Assembly: GCF_006345805.1 (NCBI RefSeq)
Contig: NC_042997.1
Location: 197,904,001 to 197,968,000 of the forward strand
Direction: 5' to 3'
Length of the DNA: 64,000 nucleotides
Source: Octopus sinensis
Taxonomy: Eukaryota
Part shown: positions 1 to 12,176 of the stretch, piece by piece
How the letters are laid out: each line of letters opens with the position of its first letter
How positions within the stretch are numbered: position 1 is the first letter of the stretch
Made by a program: the position numbers and the translations under genes
The notes under the pieces: model-generated
Told to the model about the DNA's origin: nothing
The model's database searches: none
Seen by the model: only the letters and a program-made list of their open reading frames with translations

Positions 1-225
1 AATTTGATTAGTTTTATTCAGCTAGATTTACCTGGACATTATTTCAAATGTTGCGACATCAGCACCAGTATACTCACCTGAACGCGTAGCCGTTAACAGG
101 ACCGAGAACAGTGTAAAACCTTTCAACGAAAAAATTAAATATTGCAATGCAAATGTATTGCTCTCCGTTATCCAAACTGTGTTCTTTTTGCTTGTTTGTA
201 CGCATCAGTATATATATATATATAT

Positions 226-259
<34 letters not shown>

Positions 260-272
260 ATATATATATATC

Positions 273-610
273 TCAGCTGAATAGCCCGTCGTTGCGGGGC
301 GATTTTTATAATAAAATGTCTTATATAAGTTTTTGTTTATTCCATGTCAGACCATGCTTTCCCGACAGATAGACCTCTTGATAAGGACAGATTTGTGCAA
401 TCTTTCGCAGAAAACTTCATTGAGGAATTTTTTTCCTTTTTAAATAATTTGCGTGCGTGTTCGACCGTTTCACATGACTTTATTTATTAAAACTTTTTAA
501 AACTTCAGAAGTTCTGGCAACTTTGGTCGTAGCAATGCTTTGCTTTCATTTGTTTAATAAAAATTCCTCCTCCTAATGAGTTTGCTTTCATTGTGTGACA
601 GACAGATATC
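273..610 (+). mobile_element. Possible degenerate non-autonomous Helitron-like element
   Basis: Starts CAGCTGAATAGCCCGTCGTTGCGGGGC, resembling the TAGCAGTATCGCCCGGCGTTGCTCGGG head of the copies at 25418/52251/54201; ends near GACAGACAGATAT. The body is not clearly homologous. Confidence 0.3.
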
Positions 611-1045
611 ATTCAGAAAATGCCAGCTTCCAAATCCTGTTTTCTGATGAGGTAAAAATTATTAAACTTTAAAATTCAGTAACATATTTCTGCAATTTAT
701 CTGGAACAAATAGATAACAAAATAGGATTTTACGTGGAAGATACCAAATCTCACAACCTGTGACAGCAACAGGAAAGACCGTACAAAAATAAAGAGGCAG
801 ACAGTTATAGGACATCACACACACACACACACACAATCACGAGTTTAAAATGGTGTATAGTAGACATATGTATGCATGTAGGTCTACATGTATGTGTGTA
901 TGTCTGTGTGCGAGTGTTTCCTGCGATGGACAGCAGAAAAGCCACCTACCCCTCTCTCCTTAAAGCTACGTATTTCTCACACCCACCTTTTCCCCCTTTC
1001 TGGGTATTTTAAAAGTTACTTATGTGCATTTGTGTGTGTGCATAC

Positions 1046-1140
1046 CCAATGAAGGGATATAAATATCCTAGAAACAGATGTAAGACCTATTTATAAATGT
1101 TCTAAAATCTACACAGCCTTGCTTTTTTTATCTCATTACG
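1046..1140 (+). mobile_element. Family F HHR-bearing repeat, degenerate copy
   Basis: ATGAAGGGATAT-A-AATATCCTAGAAACAGATGTAAGAC...CACAGCCTTG...TCTCATT matches 6836-6925; the CUGAUGA core is damaged; followed by (TA)n. Confidence 0.55.
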
Positions 1141-1142
1141 AA

Positions 1143-1221
<79 letters not shown>

Positions 1222-1327
1222 TATGTGTGTGTGTATACATACGTACATTGCATTATGTCAAACAGATGAGGAGCGCTCAATACATGATGTGTACACACAC
1301 ACATATATATTTATGTATATATATATA

Positions 1328-1358
<31 letters not shown>

Positions 1359-2149
1359 CATAGGTACATTGCTCTATGTCAAACAAATGAAAGAGGAGTG
1401 CTCAATACATGATGTGTGTGTGTGTCTGTGTTATTCAGTTATTTCTTATACTACTTTTAAAACATTCATGTAATATCGGTTAAAATATAATTGAATGTTT
1501 ACGTTATACAGCTGGTTTGTAATCATAATTATCAAATTACATGAAATAAATAATATGAAGTGGAATTCATTTGAAGAAATGATTTTATAGAAACAGCGTG
1601 TCTGCAGCAGACACAATCACAAATAGTTTGGCAGAAAAAGAAAACCAGCCAGACCCGACCAGGCCAGAGCAGACTTAAGTCTACCAGAGCAAATAGTTGA
1701 GTTCTATGTTTGCAATAATCTATAACGATATGAACGTATCAGCCACTGAAACAATGTTCATTAGAAAAATAATAAAAAAAATATAGCAAGGTAACAAATG
1801 TTGATTACATTAGTGTTTTTGAAAGGATTAAAACCTCAAATGAGGATCTTAAGTTCTGGACTACAAGATGTGTCCCAGTATGCTAAATAATGGACCTGCA
1901 GCTGGAAGGTTTCTCTTCCAAAGCGCAGGCTTCGGAAATTGTTGTATTATGGAAGGTCAAAAGTTACTCATGAATGCAAGTTTTTTCTCTTATTCTCTAC
2001 GCTTCTAATATTGCTTAAGGAAAAGATAATAGTTGATACTACTTATCACCACTAGGTGTCGTGGTTGGCTCTGTGCACTCACAAAGCCGGAACAGACATC
2101 GCAACACATCCAATCCGATACTGTAACGATTCCACTAGCACAAAACCCA

Positions 2150-2222
2150 GGACACCTTTATTAATCGACCCCGAAAGAATGAAAGACATGGTCGACCTCG
2201 GTGGAATTTGAAACCAGAAAAC
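2150..2222 (-). mobile_element. SINE family B fragment
   Basis: ATCGACCCCGAAAGAATGAAAG...GTCGACCTCGGTGGAATTTGAA is the reverse complement of the family B core. Confidence 0.7.
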
Positions 2223-2809
2223 AAATTTAGAATGAATCCCACAGGTTATTTTGTTCTACACTCTAACCACTCATCCCGTACATCGCTCTACTTGTATTAC
2301 TGTATTGAAAACAGATTCAATGATGTTGTTCACATCCTGACTTTCACACACTTTCAGTTACTGAAATCAATATATTTGCAATTCGTATTGAAACATAGAT
2401 TTCATTTATCTTGATTTCTATCTTTGTAATAAGGTCACACATATATATAGGGGAAATGAATGTAATTTTATGCCATTTCAACATGTTTTGAAGGCCATTA
2501 GCAACGTAACTGAATTGAAATAACTTCGAATCAGAAATCGAAGTCAACATTACTTAGTTTACCTTTGGGTTGTATGCCAATATTAGTTAGATTTTTGTCT
2601 GGTTATAAATGGTTTGTGTTTTGGCAGATGGAATGAAGTAAGGTTTTAAGAAGTTCTTTTCTTTTCGGAGAGTATTTATGAATGGAGTAATGTGAAATAG
2701 TTGACTGCAGCCGCGATTGAAACTACTTCCGAATTCTAGCGAAAAACGAATTTATTTTTACTTGACGGCATTTGCCAATATTGCTGTCGCATAGTATATT
2801 AATTTCTTT

Positions 2810-3337
2810 ATTACCCATAGAAGGCTAAACATAGAAGGAACAAACAAGGACAAAGGGATTAAGTCGATTACATCGATCCCCCCCAGTGTGGTGTTTCGTC
2901 TGCCTTTACGTTCTGAGTTCAAATTTTTCCGAGGTCGACTTTGCCTTTCATCCTTTCGGGGTCGATAAATTAAGCACCAGTTACATACTGGGTCGATCTA
3001 AACGACTGGCCCTCTGCCCCAAAATTTCAAGCCTTGCGCCTAGAGTAAAAAAGAATATTATATTATATATATTATATATAATATTATATTCTGTCTTAGT
3101 TTTTTTGAGATAAATTTTCCCCGAGACGCATATACTTACACCCCCACGCAATATATCATACCTAATAATCCTTTCTAGTAGAGGCACAAGGCCTGCAATT
3201 TTGAGGGAGGGGGCCAGTCGATCAGATTGATCCCAGTACGCAACTGATACTTAATTTATCGATCCCGAAAGGATGAAAAGCAAACTCAACATCGGCAGAA
3301 TTTGAACTCAGAACGTAGCGACGGGCGAAATAGTGCT
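2810..3337. mobile_element. Cluster of SINE family B pieces (2810-2885 minus, 2893-3057 plus, 3168-3337 minus)
   Basis: Each piece carries the family B core (GAGTTCAAAT B-box, GTCGACTTTGCCTTTCATCCTTTCGGGGTCGATAAATTAAG) or one of its tails. Confidence 0.8.
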
Positions 3338-3709
3338 ATATCGTAGTTTTTTAAAAATTTAAAATGTTATGTCTTAATTCAGATACTCATCTTTAGTGAC
3401 TGACTATAAAACCTCATCATTGATTAAAGAAATTGATAAAGTCCCTTATTTATGTCATGCACACACACGCACACACATTAAACTATATAATAAAAAGGAA
3501 AAACTTTTATTGATAGTTATTAACTATAGGCACGGGCGTGTATTTGTGGTAAGAAATTTGATTCGCAACCACATGGCTCTGGATTCAGTTCTGTTGTGTG
3601 ATACTTTGGGCAAATGTCTACTATAAAGTCGGGCCGACCAAGCCTTGTGAGTGGATTTGATAGACGGAAACTGAAAAGATCACGTCATGTATATGTATAT
3701 ATATAAATA

Positions 3710-3896
3710 AATTATAATTTAGGGTATCCAAGTGATACCACCACGCTGAAAATAGCAGTCAAATCCTGACTCTAAAACCACATTAAATGTTCATACAGCT
3801 CCTGGTGCTCTATGAAGATTTAATGTGGTTTTAGAGTCAGGATTTGACTGCTATTTTCAGCGTGGTAGGATCACTTAGATACCCTAAATTATAATT
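3710..3896. mobile_element. Fold-back MITE (86-bp arms, 15-nt loop)
   Basis: AATTATAATTTAGGGTATC...GTTCATA / TATGAAG...GATACCCTAAATTATAATT with about 4 mismatches; a related copy lies at 61882-62045. Confidence 0.85.
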
Positions 3897-3981
3897 TTAA
3901 TAATAATTATTACCTCTGAAAGTTTTATTTGATAAGATTTAAATTAACGATCTTATCCTTATTTATATAAATATATATATA

Positions 3982-4121
3982 GGGAGAATTCACAAAAAAC
4001 AAAAGGCGAAGACAGGTGGTGTAGACAACAAACAGATGTCTTTAATGTTTCAAGCCTACGGTCTTCCATAGAAAGGAACACAGAAAGAAACAAGGAGAGA
4101 AATAAAGAATGTGTAGTGGCT
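3982..4121 (-). mobile_element. Family E repeat (PLE-like, degenerate HHR motif)
   Basis: GGGAGAATTCAC..GAAGACAGGTGGTGT..AAGCCTACGGTCTTCC..GTGTAGTGGCTA is homologous to 16397-16570 and 59165-59330; flanked by (TA)n. Confidence 0.7.
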
Positions 4122-4539
4122 ATATATATGTGTGTCTTTTGTCCCCACCAATCGCTTGACAACCTGTATTGGTGTGTGTACGTCCCTTTAACTTAGCGGC
4201 TCGGCAAAAGGGACCGATAAGTACTGGGGTTGATCCATTCATCTAAAAATTCTGGCCACAGTCTAATAACTGAAACAAGTAAAAAATAAAAGACACCCAG
4301 AATTGCACTGCATAGATTCACTACTAATCTGTATCTTCAGTTTATTTCTTCTACCTACATTGCAGCAATAACTGCTTCTCTAAAATTTAAATTATTGAGC
4401 AAATACCACAGCGAAATGAAACGGTCCGACAGCCGAGTCGTATCTTGCTTGTTTTACCTTTAAACCCCAAAGGAAATAACTTGATAACTTTTCTTTTAAG
4501 TACATCCTACTAGTGTTTTCTTCTCGGTATTGGCATTTG

Positions 4540-4693
4540 CCGTTTATCCTTTTGGGGTCGATAGAATAACACCAGTTGAGCACTGAGATCGATATGATTG
4601 GTTTACCCACTTCCCTAAAATTTCTCGTCTTGTACCAAAATTTAATACCATTGTTTGTAGCTTTATCTACTTCACTCCCCACCATTAAAAACG

Positions 4694-4724
<31 letters not shown>

Positions 4725-4800
4725 CTTGACCCCCAGACCCTTTCGAATGAACAACAGAGAATCTACGGCTCCATACATTGAAATGGCAAAACACTATTGA
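4540..4800 (+). repeat. Local duplication, copy 1 (SINE-B tail plus unique flank)
   Basis: TTGTTTGTAGCTTTATCTACTTCAC..GTTCTTGACCCCCAG..CCCTTTCGAATGAACAAC..AAAACACTATTG recurs at 6315-6620. Confidence 0.8.
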
Positions 4801-5810
4801 ACACTCAAAAACATAACATGTTTCCTTTTCATGCAATCAGGAAGTGTATGGCTCCTTCACCACAGACTTGGAAAAATCTTCCCAATTTTATACTCTGTAG
4901 GTAAGCCAATCATGGTTACGCTAAATGGTGACTAATAGGTATATTTAAGGTTTAAACTCAATAGAAGTACAATGAAAGTGCAAGGGTTAATTTGTTTCCC
5001 CGATTACTCTGAGTGATAAATGTAGGCCAAAATAGCTGAATTAACCTCCTCTACTTGATAAAAAAAAATATCTATTTAGCACCTCATACAGCATGTCAAA
5101 TGTGTACAGTTCTAGAAAAAGATAATCATTATTAATCAAAGTTAATTAAGAAAAAAATACAAAGAAGCAAAAAGAAACACTAAAAATCAAAGAACAAAAC
5201 TATTCTCTTAACATTTCCTTATTTTTTTAACGGAAAATTTATAGAAGGAAATCTAAAAGCAGTAGGATATACATCTTAATTAGCGAATATTTAAAGTTCA
5301 TTACCTGGCGATAATTTTCTTTTTAACATGTAGATAACATTCACGCTAGGACACAATGCATCTACAGTTGGTTAATCAGATTCGTTTAGCAAACTACTCA
5401 ACTAATGTTTTGCATAAAATAACATAAGTTATATCCATAGAATCTTTCTTCAACTTTACACGCGTTATTATCAGAAGATAATCGAACGCTATCCCAAGGG
5501 ATATTGCATTAAACACGCACACCGTCGAAGGCACACGCACATACATTATGTACGTCAAAACAATTTACAAACTTTGAGAGACACGAAATAAATCGCTTTT
5601 AACGTTTTTTAACAAAATAAATCGTTTTTGACGGTGAAGCGCGAAGCTATGAATAGTAGTGTGTAAAGAAATCTGAAGGATTGCTTTGGTACAATATTAG
5701 TAAGTCGGTCATGCTTACAAAATATATAGGTTCAAGTCCCACAATAGCGCTAGACTTTATCCATTCAAGGGTGTTTGTAACTTAATATTTATGCACTATT
5801 ATTGGTAACT

Positions 5811-6199
5811 TGGCAGAATCGTTAGCACGCCGGGCGAAATGCTTAGCGGTATTTCGTCTGCCGTTACGTTCTGAGTTCAAATTCCGCTGAGGTCGACTTT
5901 GCCTTTCATCCTTTCGGGGTCGATAAATTAAGTTACAGTTATGCACTGGGGTCGATATAATCGACCTAATCCGTTTGTCTGTCTTTGTTTGTCCTCTCTG
6001 TGTTTGGCCCCTTGTGGGTAGTAAAGAAATAGGTATTTCGTCTGTCTTTACGTTCCGAGTTCAAATTCCGCCGAGGTCAACTTTGCCTTTCATTATTTCG
6101 GGATCGATTAATTAAGTACCAGTTGCGTACTGAGGTCCATCTAATCGACTGACCCTCCACTCCCCAAAAATTTCGATCTTTGTTCCTAGAGTAAAAAAG
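5811..6199 (+). mobile_element. SINE family B dimer with 14-bp TSD
   Basis: Head TGGCAGAATCGTTAGCACGCCGGGCG, two cores, and ATTATTGGTAACTT at both 5798-5811 and 6200-6213. Confidence 0.9.
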
Positions 6200-6221
6200 A
6201 TTATTGGTAACTTTCAAAAGA

Positions 6222-6432
6222 CGGCGAGCTGGCAGAAACGTTACCGCACAGAGCAAAATACTTAGCACAATTTCGTCCGTCTTTACATCCTGAGTTCAAA
6301 TTCCACCGAGGTCGACTTTGCCGTTTATCCATTTAGGGTCGATAGAATAGATACCAGTTGAGCACTGAGGATGATATAATTGAGTTACTCACTCCCCAAA
6401 AATTGCTCGTCTTGTGTCAAAATTTGAAACCA
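6222..6432 (+). mobile_element. SINE family B, older subfamily
   Basis: GGCGAGCTGGCAGAAACGTT head, GAGTTCAAATTCC B-box, tail CTTGTGTCAAAATTTGAAAC. Confidence 0.8.
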
Positions 6433-6829
6433 TTGTTTGTAGCTTTATCTACTTCACGCCCCACCATTAAAAACGATATATATATATATATATGTTCTTG
6501 ACCCCCAGCCACAAGTTAAACTTTGTACTTGAGATTTTTATTCACACCACAAGACCCTTTCGAATGAACAACACAGAATCCACGGCTCCATACGTTGAAA
6601 GGACAAAACACTATTGGAACTTGCATACCATGTACAGAAAACTTTTTTTACCACTTCTATCACCACTTTCCTCGAATAATAGAATTGCAACTACAATATC
6701 TTCATCTATTTTATATTCTATTTCTAATTTCATTCTCCTATTTCCATCTGTATTCCCTATCACCTCCTTTTCCATAATACTTCCTTATTTCGAACTCCAA
6801 TATTTACCTCTATTCAATCAGCTCACATC

Positions 6830-6877
6830 GTCTCTGATGAAGGGATATCCATAATATCCCAGAAACAGCTGTAAGGC
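6830..6877 (+). ncRNA. Minimal type I hammerhead ribozyme motif (family F)
   Basis: GUCU-CUGAUGA-A-GGGAUAU(ccaua)AUAUCCC-A-GAAAC-AGCU-GUA|AGGC: intact core, 7-bp stem II, palindromic stem III ACAGCUGU, 4-bp stem I. Confidence 0.7.
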
Positions 6878-7803
6878 TATATCTATATACTCCTCACAGC
6901 CTTGGCTTTGTTATCTCATTTTGTCTAATATATATTAGATATATTAATAAAATAGAATATCATATATATATATATAAATACACACATATACCTGTACGGA
7001 CACACACACACACGTACATATATACTGATGTTTCTTTTAATAGAAAAATAACGTATCTGAGTTAACAACATGTTCAGCTCTAAATGAATATCGGTGTATT
7101 ATAAAACAAATAAGTTAATTATTTGTTTTATATAATTACAGAGGAAGTTACATAAAAAATATTATTGAACATTTTCTTTCGATCAGTCATTCTTTTATTC
7201 GTTTACAATGATTAATGATTGTTCACAGATTTTAATTGCAACAATTCCTGGCTTATATCGATTTCCTTAAGTTTCTCATCCACCATCAATTTATCTATTG
7301 CATATGTCCGTGTCCCTTTGAATAGAAATTGATTTTAGAAGGAAGGTATAAGAAATTAATGAGAAAGATTTAAATTTGCTCTATTGTGTGATACATATAG
7401 AACAGCTGAAATTAGTTATCTACGCTGATTCTGTTTAAATTTTCTTCTCGCCATCATGTACCATGCTTTCACTCCGTCTGTATATGCTATAATGAAATAC
7501 TAATGCTACAGTTAATGTCATTATATACAGCCTAACACAAATTGAAAAAAAATTGCTATACAACAAATTTCTTTTCAAAATTGTCAATAAAAATAGATGA
7601 AAACTGTTTTTTCTTGTTTAGCATTGTGAGAGATCAGAATAATGGGGAAATGTTTCAATCAGAACCATTGTTACAGCTATATTTATTCTTTAACACTATT
7701 AAACAAAAATATACACTGCTACTACCACAACCGGCCTGTACTAGCTCTATTAGAAATAGCAACCAAATCTTCGCAAACGATATCGTACATTGTGGTTCTA
7801 GTT

Positions 7804-8062
7804 CACTGGTTCTTAACCGGGGTCCATAATATGATCTGTGGAGGGGTCCCATATAAGATTTTGTTGTTAAAATTTATCTGCGATAAATTGGTTATACTTC
7901 TTCACTACACAAAATATTAGAAAAAGTTTTTAATACAATTCCTAATGATATTTCATTATAAAAATATGCGATTTTTTTAAAACCCTGATTGGCTATGAGG
8001 GTCCACTCGAGTAAGATAGGAATCAAACAGGTTCGTGGGTAAAAAGTGACTGAGAACCTCTG
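7804..8062. mobile_element. hAT (Charlie-like) MITE
   Basis: Termini CACTGGTTCTTAACC and TGACTGAGAACCTCTG; 8-bp flanks TTCTAGTT (7796-7803) and GTCTAGTT (8063-8070) match at 7/8, consistent with a hAT TSD. Confidence 0.75.
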
Positions 8063-8178
8063 GTCTAGTTATACAAATTTCAGGTTGGTTATGAGTGGAA
8101 CGGCTTTGATCCTAGGTATATTCGACCAGAGCTGCTCTGGGAATAAGCAACAACAACTACAACAACAACAACCACTCC

Positions 8179-8420
8179 GTGGAGGCTCAATGGCCCAGTG
8201 GTGAGGGCAGCGGACTCGCGATCTTAACAGCGCGATTTCGATTCCCAGACCGGGCAGTGTGAGTGTTTGTTGAGCAAAAACGCCTAAGCTCCATGAGGCT
8301 CCGGCAGTGGATGGGGGTGAACCCCGCTGTACTCTTTCACCACAACTTTCTCTCATTCTTTCTTCCTACTTCTGCCACAAAGCAGATGAACCATGGTGTA
8401 ACCCACTATGGCGTGTTAAA
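8179..8420 (+). mobile_element. tRNA-derived SINE family C (subfamily C2)
   Basis: GTGGAGGCTCAATGGCCCAGTGG (A-box) and TTTCGATTCCC (B-box); body TACTCTTTCACCACAACTTTCTCTCA shared with 30794 and 51283. Confidence 0.8.
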
Positions 8421-9220
8421 CTTTCAGACCCTAGTCTAGATTGCGAATCCTCTGTACTCCAAGATGGTTCAGCTCTCCACCCGTTAAAAGTCACCGTTTA
8501 CGGAATGAGGATAACAACATAGCTTTCGCGCCCGTGCAACCGCCAGTCTATCGCGTGTGGTGGATGTATCTTCAAGTTGTCACACGCATTCTTAGTAGCC
8601 TAGAGTAGGCTCGAATTAGAGATTATTCTTTGTGGCAAATGGCGTGAGTCCGGATTGGAAGAAGAAGAAGAAGACGACAAGAACCACTCCTGTCTCCCTC
8701 ACTACAACTGCTGTCATAACTTACAATTACAACTAACATAAACCGAAAGCTAGTTTCCTTCTATTTCCGAGATTGCTGTAAAACACCGTCGTGGAGAAAT
8801 TATCTCGATTAAATGTATTTCGGTAGGTTTTGAAAGTGAGTTCGGCTGGAAGTGAAGCAACAGCTAGTTGTCCTCTAATTACAATGGTTTACTGTCTTTT
8901 CATTCATCATATATATGCTGAAGAGGTTGAAGAGTCACGTGTTATGTTTTATACAAAATGATTCTCAAATCACTAAGGAAATCGAGGTAGTTTTATCCAA
9001 CAATGCCAGGTTAATCAATAAGATAATTACTCGTAATGAAGTTTAATTTAAGACCAGTGAATATATCATTATACGAAGATTTAAAATGATTCCTTATACC
9101 TGTGTGGAACAATGCCAAACAACAGGTAAATGTAATTAATATTAATGGATTATAGATAATTAGTTATATATCAGGATGTGTTGTAAGAACTAAAGTTTAG
9201 AAATCGCGACCATAATGAAT

Positions 9221-9426
9221 ATTCTTTTACTTGTTTCAGTCATTTGACTACGGCCATGTCGGAGCACCGCCTTTTAGTCGAACAAATCGACCCCAGGACT
9301 TATTCTTTGTAAGCCGAGCACTTATTCTATCGATCTCTTTTGCTGAACCAGTAAGTTACGGGTTTATACACACATAAGCATAGGTTGTCAAGCGATGCTG
9401 GGGGAGGGGCAAATACAGACACACAA

Positions 9427-9474
<48 letters not shown>

Positions 9475-9616
9475 GACGGGCTTTCAGTTTCCGTCTACCA
9501 AATCCACTCACAAGGCTTTGGTCGGGCCGAGGCTATAGTAGAAGACACTTGCCCAAAGGTGTCACACAGTGGGACTGAACCCGGAACCATGTGGTTGGTA
9601 AGCCACTCCTGCGCCT
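9221..9616 (-). mobile_element. SINE family A
   Basis: Near full-length reverse copy from the CTTTTACTTGTTTCAGTC tail to the CCACTCCTGCGCCT head, with an internal (TA)n. Confidence 0.9.
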
Positions 9617-11049
9617 ATATAATAATAGAATAAAATATAAAATAACAGTGTGGCGCCAACGCTGTTATTCTAAGCATTCGAGAAATTACACTTCACTGAG
9701 AATTTATTGTTTTTTTAGAATATTATTCCGTGTGTTCTCATCCTCCAATGGCTGCTTTAAGTTTTCTGAATGTTTGAACGTAGTTTCGTTTACTTACCAG
9801 TGTATTCGGGATTCTATTTGCTTCTTTGTTTCTTAGACGGAATGTAGATACTTGCATTTCCACAGGATCAATAATTAAATGATTATCTTTATTATAGTAA
9901 TAGATTACATTGTTTAAATGCATACACGGGGTCGTCTGGATGTCAATGAAATTTTCCGTTTAGCATACAGTGTACAGATAAAACGATTAGTGTTATCGTC
10001 TTTCGGTTGAACATCTATTCATCCAATACGCTGCACTGAAACAGACCAATTCGTAGTTTTCGCGTGCAGCTTTTGTTATTGCTTATCAGCAAGAAACGTC
10101 TATTTCTTATCATAATATCGATAAATCATGTGAGTTCCGTGTCATATGTTAAACTGTGTATCTTCTAACTTATTTTAAAGTGCACTAAGAACGACAAAAT
10201 CCGTTCCTTTAATTGTTCCTTTGTTCACGCTCGTCTTGAGCAAGATTGAGTACTTGCCTCATAACTGACCCTCCAGGAGAGAATTCAGTTTGTTCTTTAA
10301 ATATTTTCAACGCTGTTGAAGCTCCGCGTGGAATTAATCGATGAGAAATCGTGTAAAGGCAACGAAGGAAGGAAATCAACCAGACATTCTCCGTTAATGA
10401 GTATTATTTCCGAGGTTTCAAAAAAGTTATTCCTTTGCTTTTCCGCCTCACCTTTGGAAATTTGTGCATGAGAAGACAGTTATTAAAAGGCCTGGTTAGT
10501 CCTATTTATCATCTGGTCCGAAATATCTTAGCTCTTCCGTGAAGATATTATTACGATAAATTGTTTTCTCAGTTCTTATGATGAGACATTGATGTATTTT
10601 TTTTTGTATGGGAAGCCTCTTATAAAAAGGAAATTTCAGTTCATGATTTTTTTTTCTTCAGATAAATCATTTTTGTTATTTGATGCGCTTTACTGTTTAT
10701 TATCACTAGGATAGACAGCGAAATAGCACCATCGTTAGAGTGTTGGATAGAATACCTCGCAGTATTTATTTCCACTCTCAGCGGTTCCTAGTTCAAATCT
10801 TACCGAAGTGAACTTCGCCTTTCGAGATCGATAACAAAGCATTAGTTCAGGGTGAGTGTTTGGTGGATCGAATAGTATCTTTCGTTATCTCTTTTGTTCC
10901 GGTTTTATACATTCAGTTCAAACCCTGTCGCGTCACTGAAAGATGGGGAATCTTCTTCCAGGCGTTGCGACCGACAGGTAGTATCAGTAGGTTAGGAAAC
11001 CAATGGAAATGTAATTACTTTTGTTTGATGAGAAGATCGACTTCTCCCC

Positions 11050-11180
11050 ACCGCCACTAGCATTACCACTACCACCACCATCACCGTAACTACCACCACC
11101 ATTACCACCACCACCACCAGCATCAACCGCCATCACTATCAACACCATCATCACCAACCAACCACCACCACCACCATCAG
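11050..11180. repeat. Imperfect (ACC)n trinucleotide repeat
   Basis: CACCACCACCAT runs; explains the Gly-rich ORF 10984-11223. Confidence 0.85.
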
Positions 11181-11479
11181 TTTGTTGTGCAGCATTATTG
11201 TGATATTCCTTCGGTTTCCCCAAATCAGCACCTACATTAAGTATGAAGGGGCCATACTTTCTGGCTGTTTCTATTTATCGTATTTGATGACATAAAAGAC
11301 GCACGAGCATATTAACCGCATCTCAATTTCAGTAGCACATATTCAGAGAAGACCCTTTTTCGTGCATTCAAGGGAAAGCCCAACGTCGCATGTAGGACCT
11401 AGGGTGATGTTTTGAGACATTTATTTGGGACAAAAAGTGTGGTTTATGTGCCCTGATGTTACGTGTATTTGTGGATTGC

Positions 11480-12176
11480 CCTAAATTATTCCCACCCTGT
11501 TGTCATCAAACTGAAAAAGAATTTATAAGAGGTTCCGCTGTATTTAAAGTATTCTCAGCAATACATATTTAAAACATTAATGTAAATTTTTTCATCTAAT
11601 TCAGACTTTTCCTCTCGACTTTTCCGTTTGCATAAGGTTTTTTTCGGTTTGACGAAGCAATTTAGTTAACTTGGTCATAATCTTCTACTTCAGGTTCAAT
11701 ACGAGGAATAGATTGCTTCAGTTGACTTTTAAACATTTTCCATTTTGCTTTCTTAAAAATAGCAAAAATGATTTTTTATTACAGTCATAGTTAGATATAT
11801 CCTACAATCTTTGGCGTGGAGTTGGGTTTAGGGTAATTTGGGTCCAAGGCTAACTTCTTATACATTGCTATTTGATTACTAGAAGATATTATGTTGGGGC
11901 TGTATCCACGTTTACAACATCCAATGTTGAATGATTTTGTATATCTAGCATTAAGACGAAATGGTTGCTTTCTGCTCAGGAATATACTTCTTTTCCATCC
12001 GAGTTAATAAGTTGGCAATCCCATTGATTATTATGGCGAGTAAAATTTCCAGTGATAAATCCGAGGTCTGATGAGTTTTTAAGTGGCACTCCAGAAATCC
12101 GGTATTTTATAAAACACCGGATTTCTGGAGTGCCACTTAAAAACTCATCAGACCTCGGATTTATCACTGGAAATTT
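11480..12176 (-). mobile_element. Decayed non-LTR retrotransposon, APE endonuclease C-terminus and APE-RT linker
   Basis: Minus-strand frames give FITGNFTRHNNQWDCQLINSDGKEVYS*AESNHFVL (GDFNxH..W motif), KRGYSPNII, and KAKWKMFKSQLKQSIPRIEPEVEDYD, with multiple stops and frameshifts. Clade (I/Jockey group) is inferred from recalled motifs. Confidence 0.7.
12043..12176. repeat. 134-bp spacerless palindrome
   Basis: Centre between 12109 and 12110; one mismatch (12104/12115). Confidence 0.95.

Larger units (their letters stand above)
3528..4292 (+). mobile_element. SINE family A copy split by nested insertions
   Basis: 5' half at 3528-3700 (GTGGTAAG..AACCACATGG..GGAAACTGAA) and 3' half at 4122-4292 (CGCTTGACAACC..ACTGAAACAAGTAAAA); a fold-back MITE and a family E element lie in the central TA tract. 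Confidence 0.8.

Noticed and set aside
12060-12105. CTGATGAG...GAAATCCGG hammerhead-like string inside the palindrome
   Set aside because: No stem II or stem I can form, and the sequence is explained as antisense of LINE APE coding sequence.
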